Made by a program: the position numbers and the translations under genes. Below are positions 49,941-64,000 of a stretch of DNA of 64,000 bases, in pieces; within the stretch, counting starts at the first letter, position 1, and the number at the start of each line of letters is the position of its first letter. Under the pieces are notes generated by a model that saw nothing but the letters and a program-made list of their open reading frames with translations, was not told the DNA's origin and made no database searches. Source of the stretch: Mytilus trossulus (Eukaryota); NCBI RefSeq assembly GCF_036588685.1, contig NC_086373.1, positions 62,868,001-62,932,000 of the forward strand, written 5' to 3'.

Positions 49941-51519
49941 TTTTTATAGGACCGCAAAATTTGAAATTTTTTTCGTCGTATATTGCTATCACGTTGGCGT
50001 CGTCATCTGCGTCGTCGTCCGAATACTTTTAGTTTTCGCACTCTAACTTTAGTAAAAGTGAATAGAAATCTATGAAATTTTGACACAAGGTTTATGACCA
50101 CAAAAGAAAGGTTTAGATTGATTTTGGGAGTTTTGGTCCCAACAGTTTAGGAATTAGGGGCCAAAAAGGGACCCAAATAAGCATTTTTCTTGGTTTTCGC
50201 ACCATAACGTTAGTATAAGTAAATAGAAATCTATGAAATTTAAACACAAAGTTTATGACCATAAAAGGAAGGTTGGTATTGATTTTGGGAGTTTTGGTCC
50301 CAACAGAATAAGGGGCCCATAGGGTCCAAAATTAAACTTTGTTTGATTTCATCAAAATTGAATAATTGGTTTTTTTTTATATGCCGAATCTAACTGTGCA
50401 TGCTGTGTATGTAGATTCTTAACTTTTGGTCCCGTTTTCAAATTGGTCTACATTAAGGTCCAAAGGGTCCAAAATTAAACTTAGTTTGATTTTGACAAAA
50501 AATGAATCGGTTGGGTTCTTTGATATGCTGAATCTAAAAATGTACTTAGATTCTTGATTATTGGCCCAGTTTTCAAGTTGGTCCAAATCGGGGGCCAAAA
50601 TTAAACTTTGTTTGATTTCATCAAAAATTGAATAAATGGGGTTCTTTGATATGCCAAATCTAACTATGTATGTATGTAGATTCTTCATTTTTGGTCCTGT
50701 TTTCAAATTGGTCTACATTAAAGTCCAAAGGGTCCAAAATTAAACTTAGTTTGATTTTAACAAAAATTGAAATCTTGGGGTTGTTTGATATGCTGAATCC
50801 AAACATGTACTTAGATTTTTGATTATGGGCCCAGTTTTCAAGTTGGTCCAAATCAGGATCTAAAATTATTATATAAAGTATTGTGCAATAGCAAGTCTTT
50901 TCAATTGCACAGTATTGCGCAATGGCAAGAAATAACTAATTGCACAATATTTTGCAATAGCAAGATTTTTTTTTAATTGGAGTTATCTTTCTTTGTCCAG
51001 AATCAACTTAAATCTTTGTTATATACAATATACAATGTATATTCACTTTTTACTACCAACTGATAAATGAATATAATCTTTACCATTCAGTGATAACAAG
51101 CAGTTTTTTTACATCTTAATATTTTATGATGTATTTGAATGAGTAGTGATTGTTGCAAACTCCATTAGAAATTTTAATTGAGATTAGTTTTGCAATAAGG
51201 GAAAGGGGGATGTGATTAAAAAAATTGGGTTCAATTTTTCTCATTTGAAATTTCATAAATAAAAAGAAAATTTCTTCAAACATTTTTTTGAGAGGAATAA
51301 TATTCAACAGCATAGTGAATTGATCTAAGAGAAAACAAAAATTTTTAGTTCATGAGAACACATTTATTCTGTGTCATAAACCTATGCTGTGTCAACTATT
51401 TAATCACAATCCAAATTTAGAGCTGAATCCAGCTTGAATGTTGTGTCCATACTTGCCCCAACCGTTCAGGGTTCAACCTCTGCGGTCGTATAAAGCTACG
51501 CCCTGCGGAGCATCTGGTT
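49941..51519 (+). mobile_element. Helentron/DINE-like non-autonomous element with internal tandem repeats
   Basis: Subterminal inverted repeats TTTATAGGACCGCA / TGCGGTCGTATAAA, a GTCGTC microsatellite, internal tandem GGTCCAAAATTAAACTT units, and a short GC-rich 3' end inserted in a T-run. Confidence 0.65.
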
Positions 51520-52133
51520 GGAATTGGTGCTGATGAATCTTTCAGTGTGAGTAAATTAAATCAACAAAGATTTTAAAAATTTTTCATTATATCTGTGTAT
51601 TGCAAAATCTTTAGGTGTTTTCCCTATGGGCAGGATGTTGGTATCTCTTTCAATCTCTGAAAAACATTTTCAATATAAGTGAGGTCATCTTGGGAGAGGT
51701 ATGGTACAGTGGCGGATCCAGAACTTTTCATAAGGGGGGGCCCGCTGACTGACCTAAGGGGGGCCTGCTCCAGTCATGCTTCAGTGATTCCCTATATAAT
51801 CAACCAAATTTTTCCCATGAAAGGGGGGGGGGCCGGGCCCCCCAGGCCCCCCCCCCCCCCCTGGATCCGCCTATGTGGTAATATGATAATCAATAGTTCC
51901 TCTGGCAAGGTCTCAATCATCATGAGGGTTTCTGGGAAGAAAAAGAAACATCATAAAATAAATCTACTCTCAAGGATTTAAAGACTGTATATTCAGAAAT
52001 TATTGCTAGGATATTGCCTAAATGGGGGCCCACTCCAGTCAATCTTTAGTGATTCCCTATATAATCAACATTTTTTCTTCTAAACAGAGAATGGCCATAT
52101 GACCAGATTATCAGTGATAAATATATGTATTAA

Positions 52134-52603
52134 GGTGTCATACCACCAATTACTCCCTCAAATTTAGAAAGTATGCAAAAGTAGGCCTACTTGGACAAAA
52201 AAATAGTGCATTTGATGTCATTGTTCACCTAAACTGACCAACAAATTTGCAGAAATAAAACTTTTTTTGAAAGAGAAATATATTAAGACCATTTTGAGCC
52301 AAATTTTACCTGTCTAGGAGTTTGCATTTAAAATTGAGGATTAATGCACTCCATGGTATACTAATTTAAGATTTCCAGAAAACCAGGGGTTATTTTTAGT
52401 GGTACCTCCTTTCGGGAGCTCTCTTCTTACTTATATGATTTTGAATGTATGTTGAAAATTGGCATGCAGAAAGGTGACACCTGTACAATTCAGGATATAC
52501 CTAGTTTCTATGAAGTTAAACTTAGGGTAAAATATTTAGAAAGCTGTGAAAATTGCAAAATTTGGTTAAACATATAGGGACTTTTAATTGGTGGTATGAC
52601 ACC
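52134..52603. mobile_element. Kolobok-like non-autonomous transposon (TTAA TSD)
   Basis: TTAA-GGTGTCATACCACCAATTA ... TAATTGGTGGTATGACACC-TTAA. Confidence 0.75.
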
Positions 52604-52927
52604 TTAAGGATCTACAAAAATTTGTAGTGATTGATAAGTTATTTTTAATTTCTTAAAATACATGTACCGTACATGATATTCAATATTGTAAGCATAACTG
52701 ACCTGACTTGAAACATATATACATGTACTGTAATAGACAATTCATTCATAAATCATTTGGGAATATGACATCCTCACGTCAAAATTAACCAATGTGCAAA
52801 GACACAGAAAAATCCTGCATTTCTGTACTTTCAAAATATTTCACTTGTCTGGGACAAGACACAACATAAAGTAAAGCTGTTTATTTTCATGATCAACTAA
52901 TAGGATAAGATACTTACTTATACCTCT

Positions 52928-55803
52928 TTAAACCTTATTTGAAACACACAATGCTACTCCTAATACAACCATAGCCACTCCAATGAATGTTTCTGAAAAA
53001 AATATATTTAAAAGTAAAATGCTAATGAATATCTTTCAACTATAAGAAACTAGAATGTGTCCATAGTACATGTACATGGATGCCCCACTGGCACTATCAT
53101 TTTCTATGATCAGAAATTGAAATTGGGGTAAAAACTCTAATTTTGCATTAAAAAGTAGAATTTATAGAAAAATCATATCAAAGGAAATATGTACATATGT
53201 TTCAAGTTGATTGGACACCAGCTTCATCAAAAGGTACCTGGACTAAAAACTTGAACGAGACAGATGAACAGACAAACACACAGACCAAAAAACATAATGC
53301 TCATAAATGGGGTGTAAAAAATGTACAGGGCAAAATAACCTCATTGAAAATTGAAAAAAAACAATCTAAATACAACTGCAATTATATAAGATATAGACAA
53401 AGACAACCACTGAAAAGGTCTCTAAATTTTTACAGGAACTTTATATATAATGAGTAAGTTAAAATGAATGAGAGACAAAGTCTGTAATCCATTTGAAAAG
53501 AAAACTAGCATCTATCTAAGGGCATCAAAATCCTTCCTTTCTCATTAGTATATCATTGGTTCATGTTTAATAAAAAGGTCATATACTTGTGGCCCGGTAT
53601 AAATCATAGTTCATACCTGCCAATTTTTCAAAATCCCCATGGGGGTTTTAAGTGCAAGAGGGTTCTTGTGGTCCCAAAAAACCTTTAAGGGGGCCTTAAA
53701 ATGCATTTTAATGTTGTTGTTTTTTGCTTCTTCATACTTTAAATAGCTTAAAGCATTTATAAAATTAACTGTTTTGTTTAAGATTGTGGACAAAATTGCT
53801 CTTTCAAAACTTCCATTTGGGAGCTTTTAATGGGGGAAATCCCCTGCAAAAAGTGACTGTTGGCAGGTATGATAGTTGAATTTTAAAAATCTAACTCACC
53901 TAAACTCTGAATCTTTTCTCCCAAGAAATGACCAGATAACATAGTAAATATAAAAGTGAGAGAATTCGTCACAGGAACAGCTAAGGACAACTCTACAATT
54001 AGATCAGACAGATAAAAATTGGTTATTAAAAATCTAGTGGCTTTTATTTTAGACTGTCAATGAAAGTTAAACATATTGTGATAAGCTGATATACTCATAA
54101 AGCAATCATTATATATGTTATGAAAAAAAAGAAGAAATCCTGCATGGCATGTGAAATTAAGAAATACATTCATAGGTTCCAGACAAAAATAATATAAATT
54201 GTTTTATTCTTTTATAAGAAATGCATACAAAAATGATAGCTAATAATTTTTTTCCCCCCTTGATAGATATAAATTCTTTTTTATTTAAAAAAATCTTTAA
54301 AAAATTTGATACACTATCAAGCTGATTTTGATATACATTTGTTTCAGATAAAATAAAGAGATAAATGGTTCTGTTTGAAATTTAATTTGAGAACTGCTGA
54401 AGGGAGATAATTCACGCTTATACATATACAGCCAAACCGAGTTATATCAAAGTGTGGATATATTTGACCTGATTATTGTCTTATAGGTTTACCAATGTAA
54501 AATTAATCAGACTGTTTTTTTTCCTTCTTGAATTGTTGCACATTTAAAAGTTTTATCAACCCAGGGCTTTTTATAGATTAAGCACTTTAATTTATTGGTT
54601 ATGGTCACTCTTTATTTTCCTTTTTTTTTACTGGTATATATATTTTATTCTAACATGACGTCCTTCAAACGCTTTGAGTACACACCCGTGGTAAAATATG
54701 AATATATTGTTAGGGCTGTTCCGATTGTTCTCCCACGTCATATATTTTTTTATGAATTGGCTACCCGACGTCATAGAACAATGACGTCAGAATGTAAGCA
54801 TTTTACGGGATAATAAATGCCATCACAACAAGGAAACGTAAACACACGATTCTAAAATGTAATATAAGCCATTTTTTTAAACATATAAAACATATAAGTA
54901 AATAATCATGATTTAATTCAATCAAAACTATCTTAATACGTTATTGTAAATAGTTTAAGCATGTCACTAATGCAGTTTGCTCCGTTCTTTTACGCCAATC
55001 TAATAGTGAGTTTATTCATGGGAACGGCATATAGCTATCGCTCAGGGTAAAATATTTGTCATAAAGGGACAACCCGTGGTAAAATCGCGATATATTCAAG
55101 CCCCCATGAATTATTTCTTAATCAGTTTAAACTTCATGTACATACCAACTGAAGCTAGAGTCAGGTAAAATAACACAGATCCAGATTGATTCAGAAGAAA
55201 TGCCATACAGTACTAAAATGAAAAGTTATATGGTGTTTCTGTAGCGTTCTGCAATTTCAAAAGCAGGTCAATAGTGTACTGTAATTAAATAAGTCTTACT
55301 GTGTTCCTCACAATAATTTGATACAACTGAGTTATTACAACAATCAAAGGTGAGTATGGGATCCAATACAAAGATATTATATGAAATTTTTTTATGTTAT
55401 TTCTTCATAGACAGAAAAAATATTACAGTCATTTCTTAACCCTTTCCTCCATTGAAATTTTTTTTTTGCATACTTGATTCGCAAAAGGCGTCATTATGGA
55501 GGAAAGGGTTAACTATTTAATGAGTCACATGGTATTTTGAGAAACTGCTGCGGACACAGATTCATATTTTGAGGGTTTGTACTGTTGAGGAACTAAAATA
55601 AATATTTAAAAAAAAGTAAAATGGAATAACTACATAAAAAAACAAACCTTCCAGTTAGAAAATAGGAAATAGAGCTCTGCAAGAATCTGCTTAACTTTGC
55701 TATTTCTTCTTATTCTTTCAACTCCTTGACTTTCTCTTTTTATGAGAGGATTTGTTCCACCCCACAGGGTGGCCACAACTACAAACCATAAGACTTGTGA
55801 CAT
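52928..55803 (-). CDS. TMEM234: Transmembrane protein 234 homolog, 126 aa
   Basis: Exons 55803-55648, 55212-55146, 53992-53900 and 52992-52928 are GT/AG and in phase. The protein reads MSQVLWFVVVATLWGGTNPLIKR..FLLNQSGSVLFYLTLAS..ELSLAVPVTNSLTFIFT..LGE..GVAMVVLGVALCVS, collinear with human TMEM234. It is not present in the ORF track. Confidence 0.92.
55436..55512. mobile_element. 69-bp piggyBac-like mini-element with TTAA TSDs in a TMEM234 intron
   Basis: TTAA-CCCTTTCCTCCAT...ATGGAGGAAAGGG-TTAA. Confidence 0.8.
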
Positions 55804-58800
55804 AATATTTCTGAAAATAAAATCAATATTTTAAAAAATCTGATGTAAAAAATGTTTTATACTGACTAAATTTTATATAAAACTGATTCGTTACATTGTA
55901 AGTTGCAATTGGTCATCCATAATTCTATTTGAGACATATTTGCCCTTCACATATATTGCATATTTTTCTGTTACCATGAAGCTAAATTCAAGGATAAACT
56001 TCATTATATCTTAAAAAGCATAAAATGAATTTTTTAGTTGATAAATAAATATTTAAAAAGATTTACTGACAGTTTTTTTTAAAATAATTTGAAATTTAGA
56101 ACTATCAGAGCTATGAGATGAGTTAAATCTACTGTTTAAAAGTAAGATGATAGGATATTTGCCATAAAGAGAAAATTTCACCTATCTCACTTTCAGTAAA
56201 TAACATTTGTTCCAAAGGCAGGTGTGCATTTTACACCCATCCCCCTTTTTCAAACACCTAGCCACTGACTGAGTACTGTACAATATTTGAAGTCATGTGT
56301 AATTTTGTAAATAGTGACATTTATAAAAGCATAAGAACAATATTAAGACCTGTAGATTACAGTGACACTGTTTTATGTTTCATTTGGCAGTGATGGGGAA
56401 AGTCCAATTTAGGGAATGGGTCAAGGACGTCTGTGATTTATGCGCCACCTTCCATTTGTCAACTTCCGGTATATTTTCGAAGTGTAAGTTGTCACTTTTA
56501 TTAGTTTTTCTTTAACAGACCTGCTGTATTATCTTATGTTTGTGTACATTGTGTAGGAAACCAAACTAATATAGTTAACTATGAAGAAGATAGATATATC
56601 AAAACAAAGCATTATTTACCTCCATTGTTTACAATGTTGCCCCTACTTTGCTGCAAAAATGTATGGAATGTAGGTGTAATTTACGTGTAGCCGCTAGTCT
56701 GATGTATCATTTTCAAACAAGAATTTATCTCCATACCTTGAATTAACGGACTCTCAGGGAATATAAACCGTACATCGAAAACATTAAATAAACGAATTTG
56801 ATGTATTTCTATCATAACAAAGTACATGTATGCAGTGGTATGATCATGATGATGTACAAATCATATGATAACATACACATATGTTATTGTTTATGTTAAA
56901 TGTTAGAACAATGTATGTAAGATAAATGTCCCAGATAAATAAATGTATAGAGTAGTGAATGTTTTATTTAAACAAAACCCAACAATTAAAATCAGATCTT
57001 AATAAAGAAGTAAAAGAAATCAGTACATGTACAATGTAGTTGCATTTCAGTCCAAAACTGTCTTGGTGCACATCATTTTCGAGTTTATGGGCGTCGTCAC
57101 TTCTGTTCTCATGTTGAGCGATCATATTGAAAATAAAATTGATGCCAATTATTAAATTGCATGAATTTTCGCCAAATTAAACTTAAAGCCTTGCATAGGA
57201 AACCTCAAATCAAAAAAAATAATTCATATGTTTTTATAACTCAATGGATAGTTTTCATTATAAAACTTATGTACATATACTTTTTTCTGAAGAAAATTCT
57301 TTATTTATTCATATTTAGAAGAAGTTTACTTTATTTGAACTGCTTCTTTCCAGGAAGCAATTCCCCTGACATATTTTCTGTATGCAAAGTGACCTCAGTG
57401 TGACCCATGGTGAAAAATCCGGTGATCGAAATACGCATGGATGTCCTTAAAATAAACTATTATCTGAATTTACATGTTAAACATGTGCTCAATTTCCATG
57501 CTTTTTTGTTTATTTTTCGTTGACAAACAGGTGACAATCGTTAAACTTTGGCTTCAAAACACAAACTTTAATTACCTGCCATATTTTCACAACAATACTG
57601 ACCGATTGAAAAAAAAATTAACGATTATACAAAATTTACATGAAAAAAATGATAAATTTGAGCACAGGAGACTAAGTTTATGATGTTTGTATGCATTGGT
57701 TCATAAATTGGAAGAACATTATTTTTCACCGGTCACTCGTTTCTTATGACTTTAATTAAACTAAGGTCATCAGTAAAAGAGGGTAAAAAGATACTGGAGG
57801 GAAATTCAAACACATAAATCTAAAATAAACTAATTATGCCATGGCTAAAAAAGAAAAAAGACTTACAGAAAAAACTATAATTCACAAAACACAACCATGA
57901 CAACATAGAAAAGTAAAGACTAAGGCTAAGCAACACCAACACCACCAAAAACTGGGGGTGATCCCAGGTGGTCCTGAAGGATGAACAGATCCTGCTTCAT
58001 ATGTGGCACCTGTCATGTTTCTAATGTTAGAACAAACTCCACTAATAGGTTTAATTCGGTGGGTCACATTCATGAAAAGGAAACAGGATTGCAGTTACTA
58101 CATAAGGGTTATATCCACTATCATCTGTGAAATGGATCTTCCATTAAGATCAACCAACTTCACCATTTGGAATTCGTAATTTAATAACTTCCTATTGCAT
58201 GTTGTGAGCAGCAACCCTATATCAAGGAAATCATGATAGGAAATACAAGCCCTTGAATATAGTATCAATTAGGAGATACATGAATATACTCCTTGGTCAG
58301 GTGGAAAAAAGCATCAATTTTTACGATTTTTTTGTCCTATTTCTTGACCCAAAACACCCAGGGATGCTGATACAGGTATTCAGCTGTAGTCTGCATGTCG
58401 AGTGGATCCCAGTTACCAAATCGACCCCAAATTTGTAAATTGGGAGTGAAACTGATCTTGGTTTTAATAGCAGTCTAAAAAAGTTCATTTGGATAAAAAA
58501 TATGGAAATTTTTTAAATTTTTTATTTCAACTGGACCTGAAACCGGAAGTAGTGATTTCCTATGATTATTTCAGTAATAATTACGATCAGTAGTTGTATG
58601 TCTACGGGTTTGCACTATTTTTGCAAGTTTTAGGCCTCTGAACTTTCTGTGTATGACATTGAAGGGAAGCCCACCCATGCAGAAAACAAACCTAGTTATC
58701 GTCCCATTTCAATTTTCCAAGTCCGTATTTGAGCTAAATATATATGCAATTTATGCATGAGAAATATGAAGGAACATGCATAACTTTCGAAATAAGTATC

Positions 58801-59922
58801 ATGAAGTTGACTTCTAAAAGTCTAAGATCAAACTCCTTATATATTTGTTGTGCTGATTATATATTTAATACAATGTATTAAAAATTGATTTACTTTAGAT
58901 GAAATTTTTATTGAATATAATAAACTGTGGTTTTCACAATAAAAATACTTAAAATGCAAACACTAGAAATGTTCAAGCAATTGAGTTTTGTGTAAATGAA
59001 ATATATTGCAATCTGTTTGTTTTTTTTAACTTTATATTTTCCAATTGTTTTTCAAGTTTCACTTTGTTTTCAACAATTTCTCCTGCATTTACATGTAGTT
59101 AGAAATTATCCCTTAATATAAAGTGACATTTTTTGGCCTATTTGGTAGATTTTTCATATTTGAGCTTGAATCGGATCGTTTTTAATGACTAAATCAGCTA
59201 AAATCTTTCACATGAACTAATTGAATCAAGTGAAATAGACACTTCAGTGTTTAAAAAGTGGTCAAAATCTTTCGTCAGATGAACATGAAATTTGAGGCCA
59301 AAATCAGCCCTTACTGGACCTTCTCCTTTATAAACATGATAGAATAATGTGAAAGCCTCCAGAGCTTTGTTCACAATGTATTACAATAAATCATATAGAA
59401 AAGTCCATAAAAATCATACAATTTGTTCATGAAATTGAATGTCAAATAAAAAGTTATTTCACAAAGATTTACATAAAATGCCCTAAAATTTTTTTCTTCC
59501 AAGTTTAACACACCACAATGGTGTCGAAAGTCAAGTGATATGACAATATACATGTATATAGATCCATGATAAGATTATAATTAAATTATTAGCGTATACA
59601 ACATTAAAGTTATTAATATATCATGTTTGAAAAATATTATTTTGTGAGATGATTATTTCTTATTAATAATGATGATGTTACCAAAAGGAGGATTGGACTG
59701 GCTAAGCAAAATAAACATATACATATTGTCACATGCATCAAAAATACATTGTTACTAAGCTTGATCTACACATTTGTAAATGGAACACACTCAGAAGCCT
59801 ACATGTACATTCATGTACCTTTTCATGTTTATATATACATTGTACATTGTATGTGATTTATTTTGTTCTTTTTCAGATTATTATGGTAATTTGAAGATTT
59901 TATCCACCAGAGAAAATTTAAA

Positions 59923-62900
59923 ATGTCGTTAGTGACAGGTGAGTTAAAAAAGGATTAGATATGCACTTGTCATAAAATCGTTACATTCGATCACCACACT
60001 GTGATTTTCCAGACCTGTATGAGCTATCTTCAGCTGTCAGACAATGTTTTATTTAAATACAGTCTTGTCTTATATTGTTTTCTTATGAATGAATATTTCA
60101 TCATTGAACAAGTCTTTAATAGGGATAAAAGTCCTTAAACTATTTCGTTGTGTTGCTTACATGAATTTTACAAATGGTTGATTGCTTAGCTGAAATCTAA
60201 GCAATATTAAGTCATGAAAATTGCATAGCAAACTTAAAAAACATCTTAGCTTGGATAATGGTAAAGTGTCATCAAATTTCTTGTTGCAGTACAAAAATGT
60301 ATGCTTTGGACAAATTTTTGTGATAGGTAATTGATTATTGAAAAGTTAGTTTTCATTTGTTATGTCATGGTCAAATGAATTTTTCTTGCTTATCAATTGC
60401 TGCAATCATGGTGTACATGAATGTAAACTGAAGCAGTTTTCTAAATTTTAAAATGTGTTGTCAGTGTAAATATTATTCATACATCAAATAGTATTGAACA
60501 GATTATCAATGAATCATTGATTTATATGGTGTAATATCCATAAAACATAAATCAAGCTATTTTGTGGGTAATCTCTTCCCTCATGCAGTGAGACAAATTA
60601 CAAAATAAATCTAGCTGATACATATGAAAAATGATATGATTTTATGATGAGATACATCACTGGCAGTATCTGACAGAATGAAAAGCTGAGGTTGTGACAT
60701 AGACGTCACATAGCCTATTTTTCTAAAGCATGTACAATGTATTATTGTCCTGTAGAACATACATTTTTTTTTGTAGAAGTGCAATTTATGAACTGTTACA
60801 ATGGTTTTGATTTATCAAGTTGTTGAGATAAAATATAAGTTGATCATTTATATTTGGTTTGTATTGAAACCTCTGAAAAGTACAGTTGTACATGTATAAT
60901 AAATCAGAAGAAACCCAAACAAACACCATTTAATTCTGAAGATCTTCTTTCACTTATATAGATAAAAAGAATTTATTGAAGAAAAACAAGTCAAATTTAA
61001 AAACGTAACTTGGTCTCAGCACTTCAGACAATGTACCCAATGTATTTATATAAAGTAAATATTTGTACTGAGTCAATGTTTTCAGTCTGATGTATTTTTA
61101 TTATACCAAGTACTTGTTGGAAGTTTTAAAAAACATGTTATACATATTTTGTAGACACAGATCAAGCTTCAGGATTCCTGGATCATTTACAGAACAAGTT
61201 ACGTGAGCAGGGGGACTACACAAAGGATGATGACATCACATCAATCCTTTCTATGTTGGAGAGTCCATTGTTTAAACAGCTCTTAACTCTACAAGAATCA
61301 CTTCATGAACTTAAGCAGGTCACCAAAACTTACCCTGTAACTGAGAATGCATTTGAAATCTCTAATTCAGGTAAAGAAATACACTGTATCTTTTAGAGTT
61401 ATTTTCATAGGGTAGAGAGAGGGGCTTCGGTGGCCAAGTGGTCTATGTAGTTCTACTACTGTGATTATTATTATTTGCCATTCAACACTGAGGTTGAGAG
61501 TTCAAAGACCGCTCGTGTGAGTGCACTCTACTCTAATCTTACTTGGCCAGGATTGTCAGTTTTCCAATCAAAAGTTGTTGTTTTATCCAGGCCCCTCCCC
61601 CTTTCCTCCACCAATAAAAAGTGGACACCATGAAATAGCCCAAATATGGTGCTTGAAAGTGGCGTTAAACACAAAACAACCAATGAATCAATCATGGTGT
61701 AGTGAGGTTTTTCCACCTTATGCAACATAAACTGATATAGTCCAATTGTAGGATTGAATAGTTTAATACTTCTCGTACCATTGTATATAGTTTTTGCAAA
61801 AACAGAAAGACATATATTGCTGGACACTTTCTCCTTAACAGTAAACTTAAATGTCAAGACATTTAAAAAATGCAAATAAGTTATACATGGAATTTTAATA
61901 CCTCTTTAAATCTGTCAAATCTTTATTCCTGTCATTGCACAATAATGGAACATTATTTTCATGGTATTAAATTAAATTCCAATCTGATTTCAAGAGTTGC
62001 CCCTCCAAATTTTCATTCATACAAAATATTCCGGTCTGGAAGTCATATATTAAAAAGATACCAGTTGTAGATAAGTCTATTAGTAAAAGATTATTGTTAA
62101 TGTTAGTATCAACTACAACCCCATAATATAACCAACCAAAGTTAGAATCGACTTAGTAAAGTTTTTCTGTCAAAATTTACATCAAAATTATGACATTATA
62201 TATCACCTGTCATTTTAATGTGAGAATGTAATTTCTGGCACTTTCAGTTATTCATTTTCTCATTTTGTAAAATTCAGGGTAGATTTGTAAGATGAAAATA
62301 TAGTGTATGCCAATACACATAGTTAACAGTGTCTGACTGGTTTAAATATGTGACATGTCAAAAATTGTCAAAATTATGACATTATATATCACCTGTCATT
62401 TTAATGTGAGAATGTAATTTCTGGCACTTTCAGTTATTCATTTTCTCATTTTGTAAAATTCAGGGTAGATTTGTAAGATGAAAATATAGTGTATGCCAAT
62501 ACACATAGTTAACAGTGTCTGACTGGTTTAAATATGTGTACAGTATATATGTAAGGGATTTGTAAGATAGTAATTAAGTGACTAAGTGTAGAAGAAAATA
62601 AGATACTCTAATCTCTTGACAAAAGACAAAGAAAGATAACTCTGACTCTTAAAATTTTATTTCGTATTTAGGTCTAACATTTCGATTAGATTTAACACGT
62701 TTGTTGTATAAGGAAAATATATATATGTGATATCAACATGAAACTGCATCAGTTTGTACATCAAAATATATGTCAAAATTCTATTATGATCAAATTGTTT
62801 AAGTTGATCTTTTGAGGTGATGGTTTATGTGACATGTACAAAATACATATAATTTTATAAAAAATTGATGTCAGCATAAAACTTTATCAATGTAATATTG

Positions 62901-63441
62901 TAGATTTAAACAAAAAAAAGTATGTGTAGTTTTATTACAAGGTTAAGGGGTCACAGTTCTATATTATTTTTTTTGTACATTTAAGCTTTGTTATTAGTGA
63001 GACATTCAACATGCCTAATGAATTCTCATTACATAGAAGCGTATAATGTACATTTTATAGTCATTTGCCTACTTTAAGAGAAAATATTAAAAGAAAACAA
63101 AATGTATTATAGGTTTTTCAAGTTCAAGTTAAATTTTTCTTTACAGGAGAATTGATCTTAAATGTACCTCCAGATGGAATCACCAATCCTAGTTTTAATG
63201 ATACGACTGCTGACCATGATACTTATGCTGTTTCTGAGGGACCTATTGCCATGCCTAGTTACGATGTTGAATTCCAAAGGGCAGTTGAAAGATCAGCTCA
63301 AGGGAGAGAAGTGGAAACTATCAAGTTATTTAAGCCAGAGAACAGCAGCTTGGGATTCAGTGTTGTTGGGATGAAGAAGAAGGATAATGCTGAGTCTGGA
63401 ATATTTATACAAGATATACAGCCTGGTGGAATAGCTGCAAG
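59923..63441 (+). CDS. MPDZ: Multiple PDZ domain protein / PATJ (InaD-like), 5' part with L27 domain and PDZ1; the gene continues past the right edge
   Basis: Exons 59923-59938, 61155-61370 and 63147-63441 are in phase. The L27 domain reads LDHLQNKLREQGD..MLESPLFKQLLTLQESLHELKQ and the PDZ reads LGFSVVG..GIFIQDIQPGGIAAR. The MPDZ versus PATJ assignment is not resolved. Confidence 0.9.
61420..61694 (+). mobile_element. tRNA-derived SINE
   Basis: tRNA-like head GGGGCTTCGGTGGCCAAGTGGT with A-box and degenerate B-box, and a tail GTGGCGTTAAACAC followed by an (AATC)n-like repeat. Confidence 0.6.
62182..62538. repeat. Near-perfect 186-bp tandem duplication in an MPDZ intron
   Basis: TCAAAATTATGACATTATATATCACC occurs at 62182 and 62368 with identical continuation. 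Confidence 0.9.
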
Positions 63442-64000
63442 GTAAGCAATTTATATAGAATACTGCCGATATATTGGCACTCATGGGTTCTCAATTTTTA
63501 TAGATTTTGTGAGAAAAGGTAAACCATTAATTTAAGTGTTCACAGAAGTTCACATTTTCATTAGGCTTGTAAATGGATCTGGGCTGATCCTTGAATTCAA
63601 ATATCCATGAAAATACAAATAATCCTTCAACCAGGAAAAAGTTATATTCATGAAAATAAATGAATTGCTGCAAGTTAGTGGAATAATATACGATACACAC
63701 AGCCTCATGACAAAGTAAGGCATTCACACAAGATATGCAGCATAGTAGATTTTCTTCAAGGTAAAGCATTTAAAGACAGACTTCAGCCTCATGGAATCTT
63801 GAAAAGTAAGAGATTTATCCCAGATATGCAGTAAAGTAGTTGTAGATTTGCTGCAGGGTAAGGTATTAATTCCTGACAGGACAGGAAACCTCACATTTCA
63901 CCTGTTTCTAAGCCATTTACAAATAGATTTTATATGCCTGGTCAATGTATAGGTGTTCTGAATATATTTAATAACACACAAATAAGAAAGCTCACTTTTG

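Noticed and set aside
61420-61510. tRNA gene, for example tRNA-Sec
   Set aside because: The B-box is degenerate, there is no cloverleaf, and the sequence continues into a SINE body and simple-repeat tail.

Overview
This is AT-rich, intron-containing animal DNA. The gene content and repeat families suggest a bivalve mollusc, probably a Mytilus-like mussel (inference). Six spliced genes can be reconstructed by hand: CDC20 (minus, runs off the left edge), a Cys-type ER glutathione peroxidase GPX7/8 (plus), selenoprotein P (minus), FBXO32/25 atrogin-like (plus), TMEM234 (minus, absent from the ORF track) and the 5' end of MPDZ/PATJ (plus, runs off the right edge). The standout feature is the SELENOP gene. 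Its 600-codon reading frame (24867..21647) contains 45 in-frame TGA codons and no internal TAA or TAG. It is followed by two SECIS hairpins and a poly(A) signal, so it should encode a protein with about 45 selenocysteines that an ORF finder breaks into fragments. The Sec-rich tail is built of about 30 (C/U)-x-(C/U) dyads and shows a positional switch in stop-codon context. The window also holds a ~9 kb mosaic tandem triplication carrying a foldback-like transposon just upstream of SELENOP, a G2/M-type promoter at CDC20, and many MITE, SINE and LINE fragments. All coordinates and counts were made by eye.
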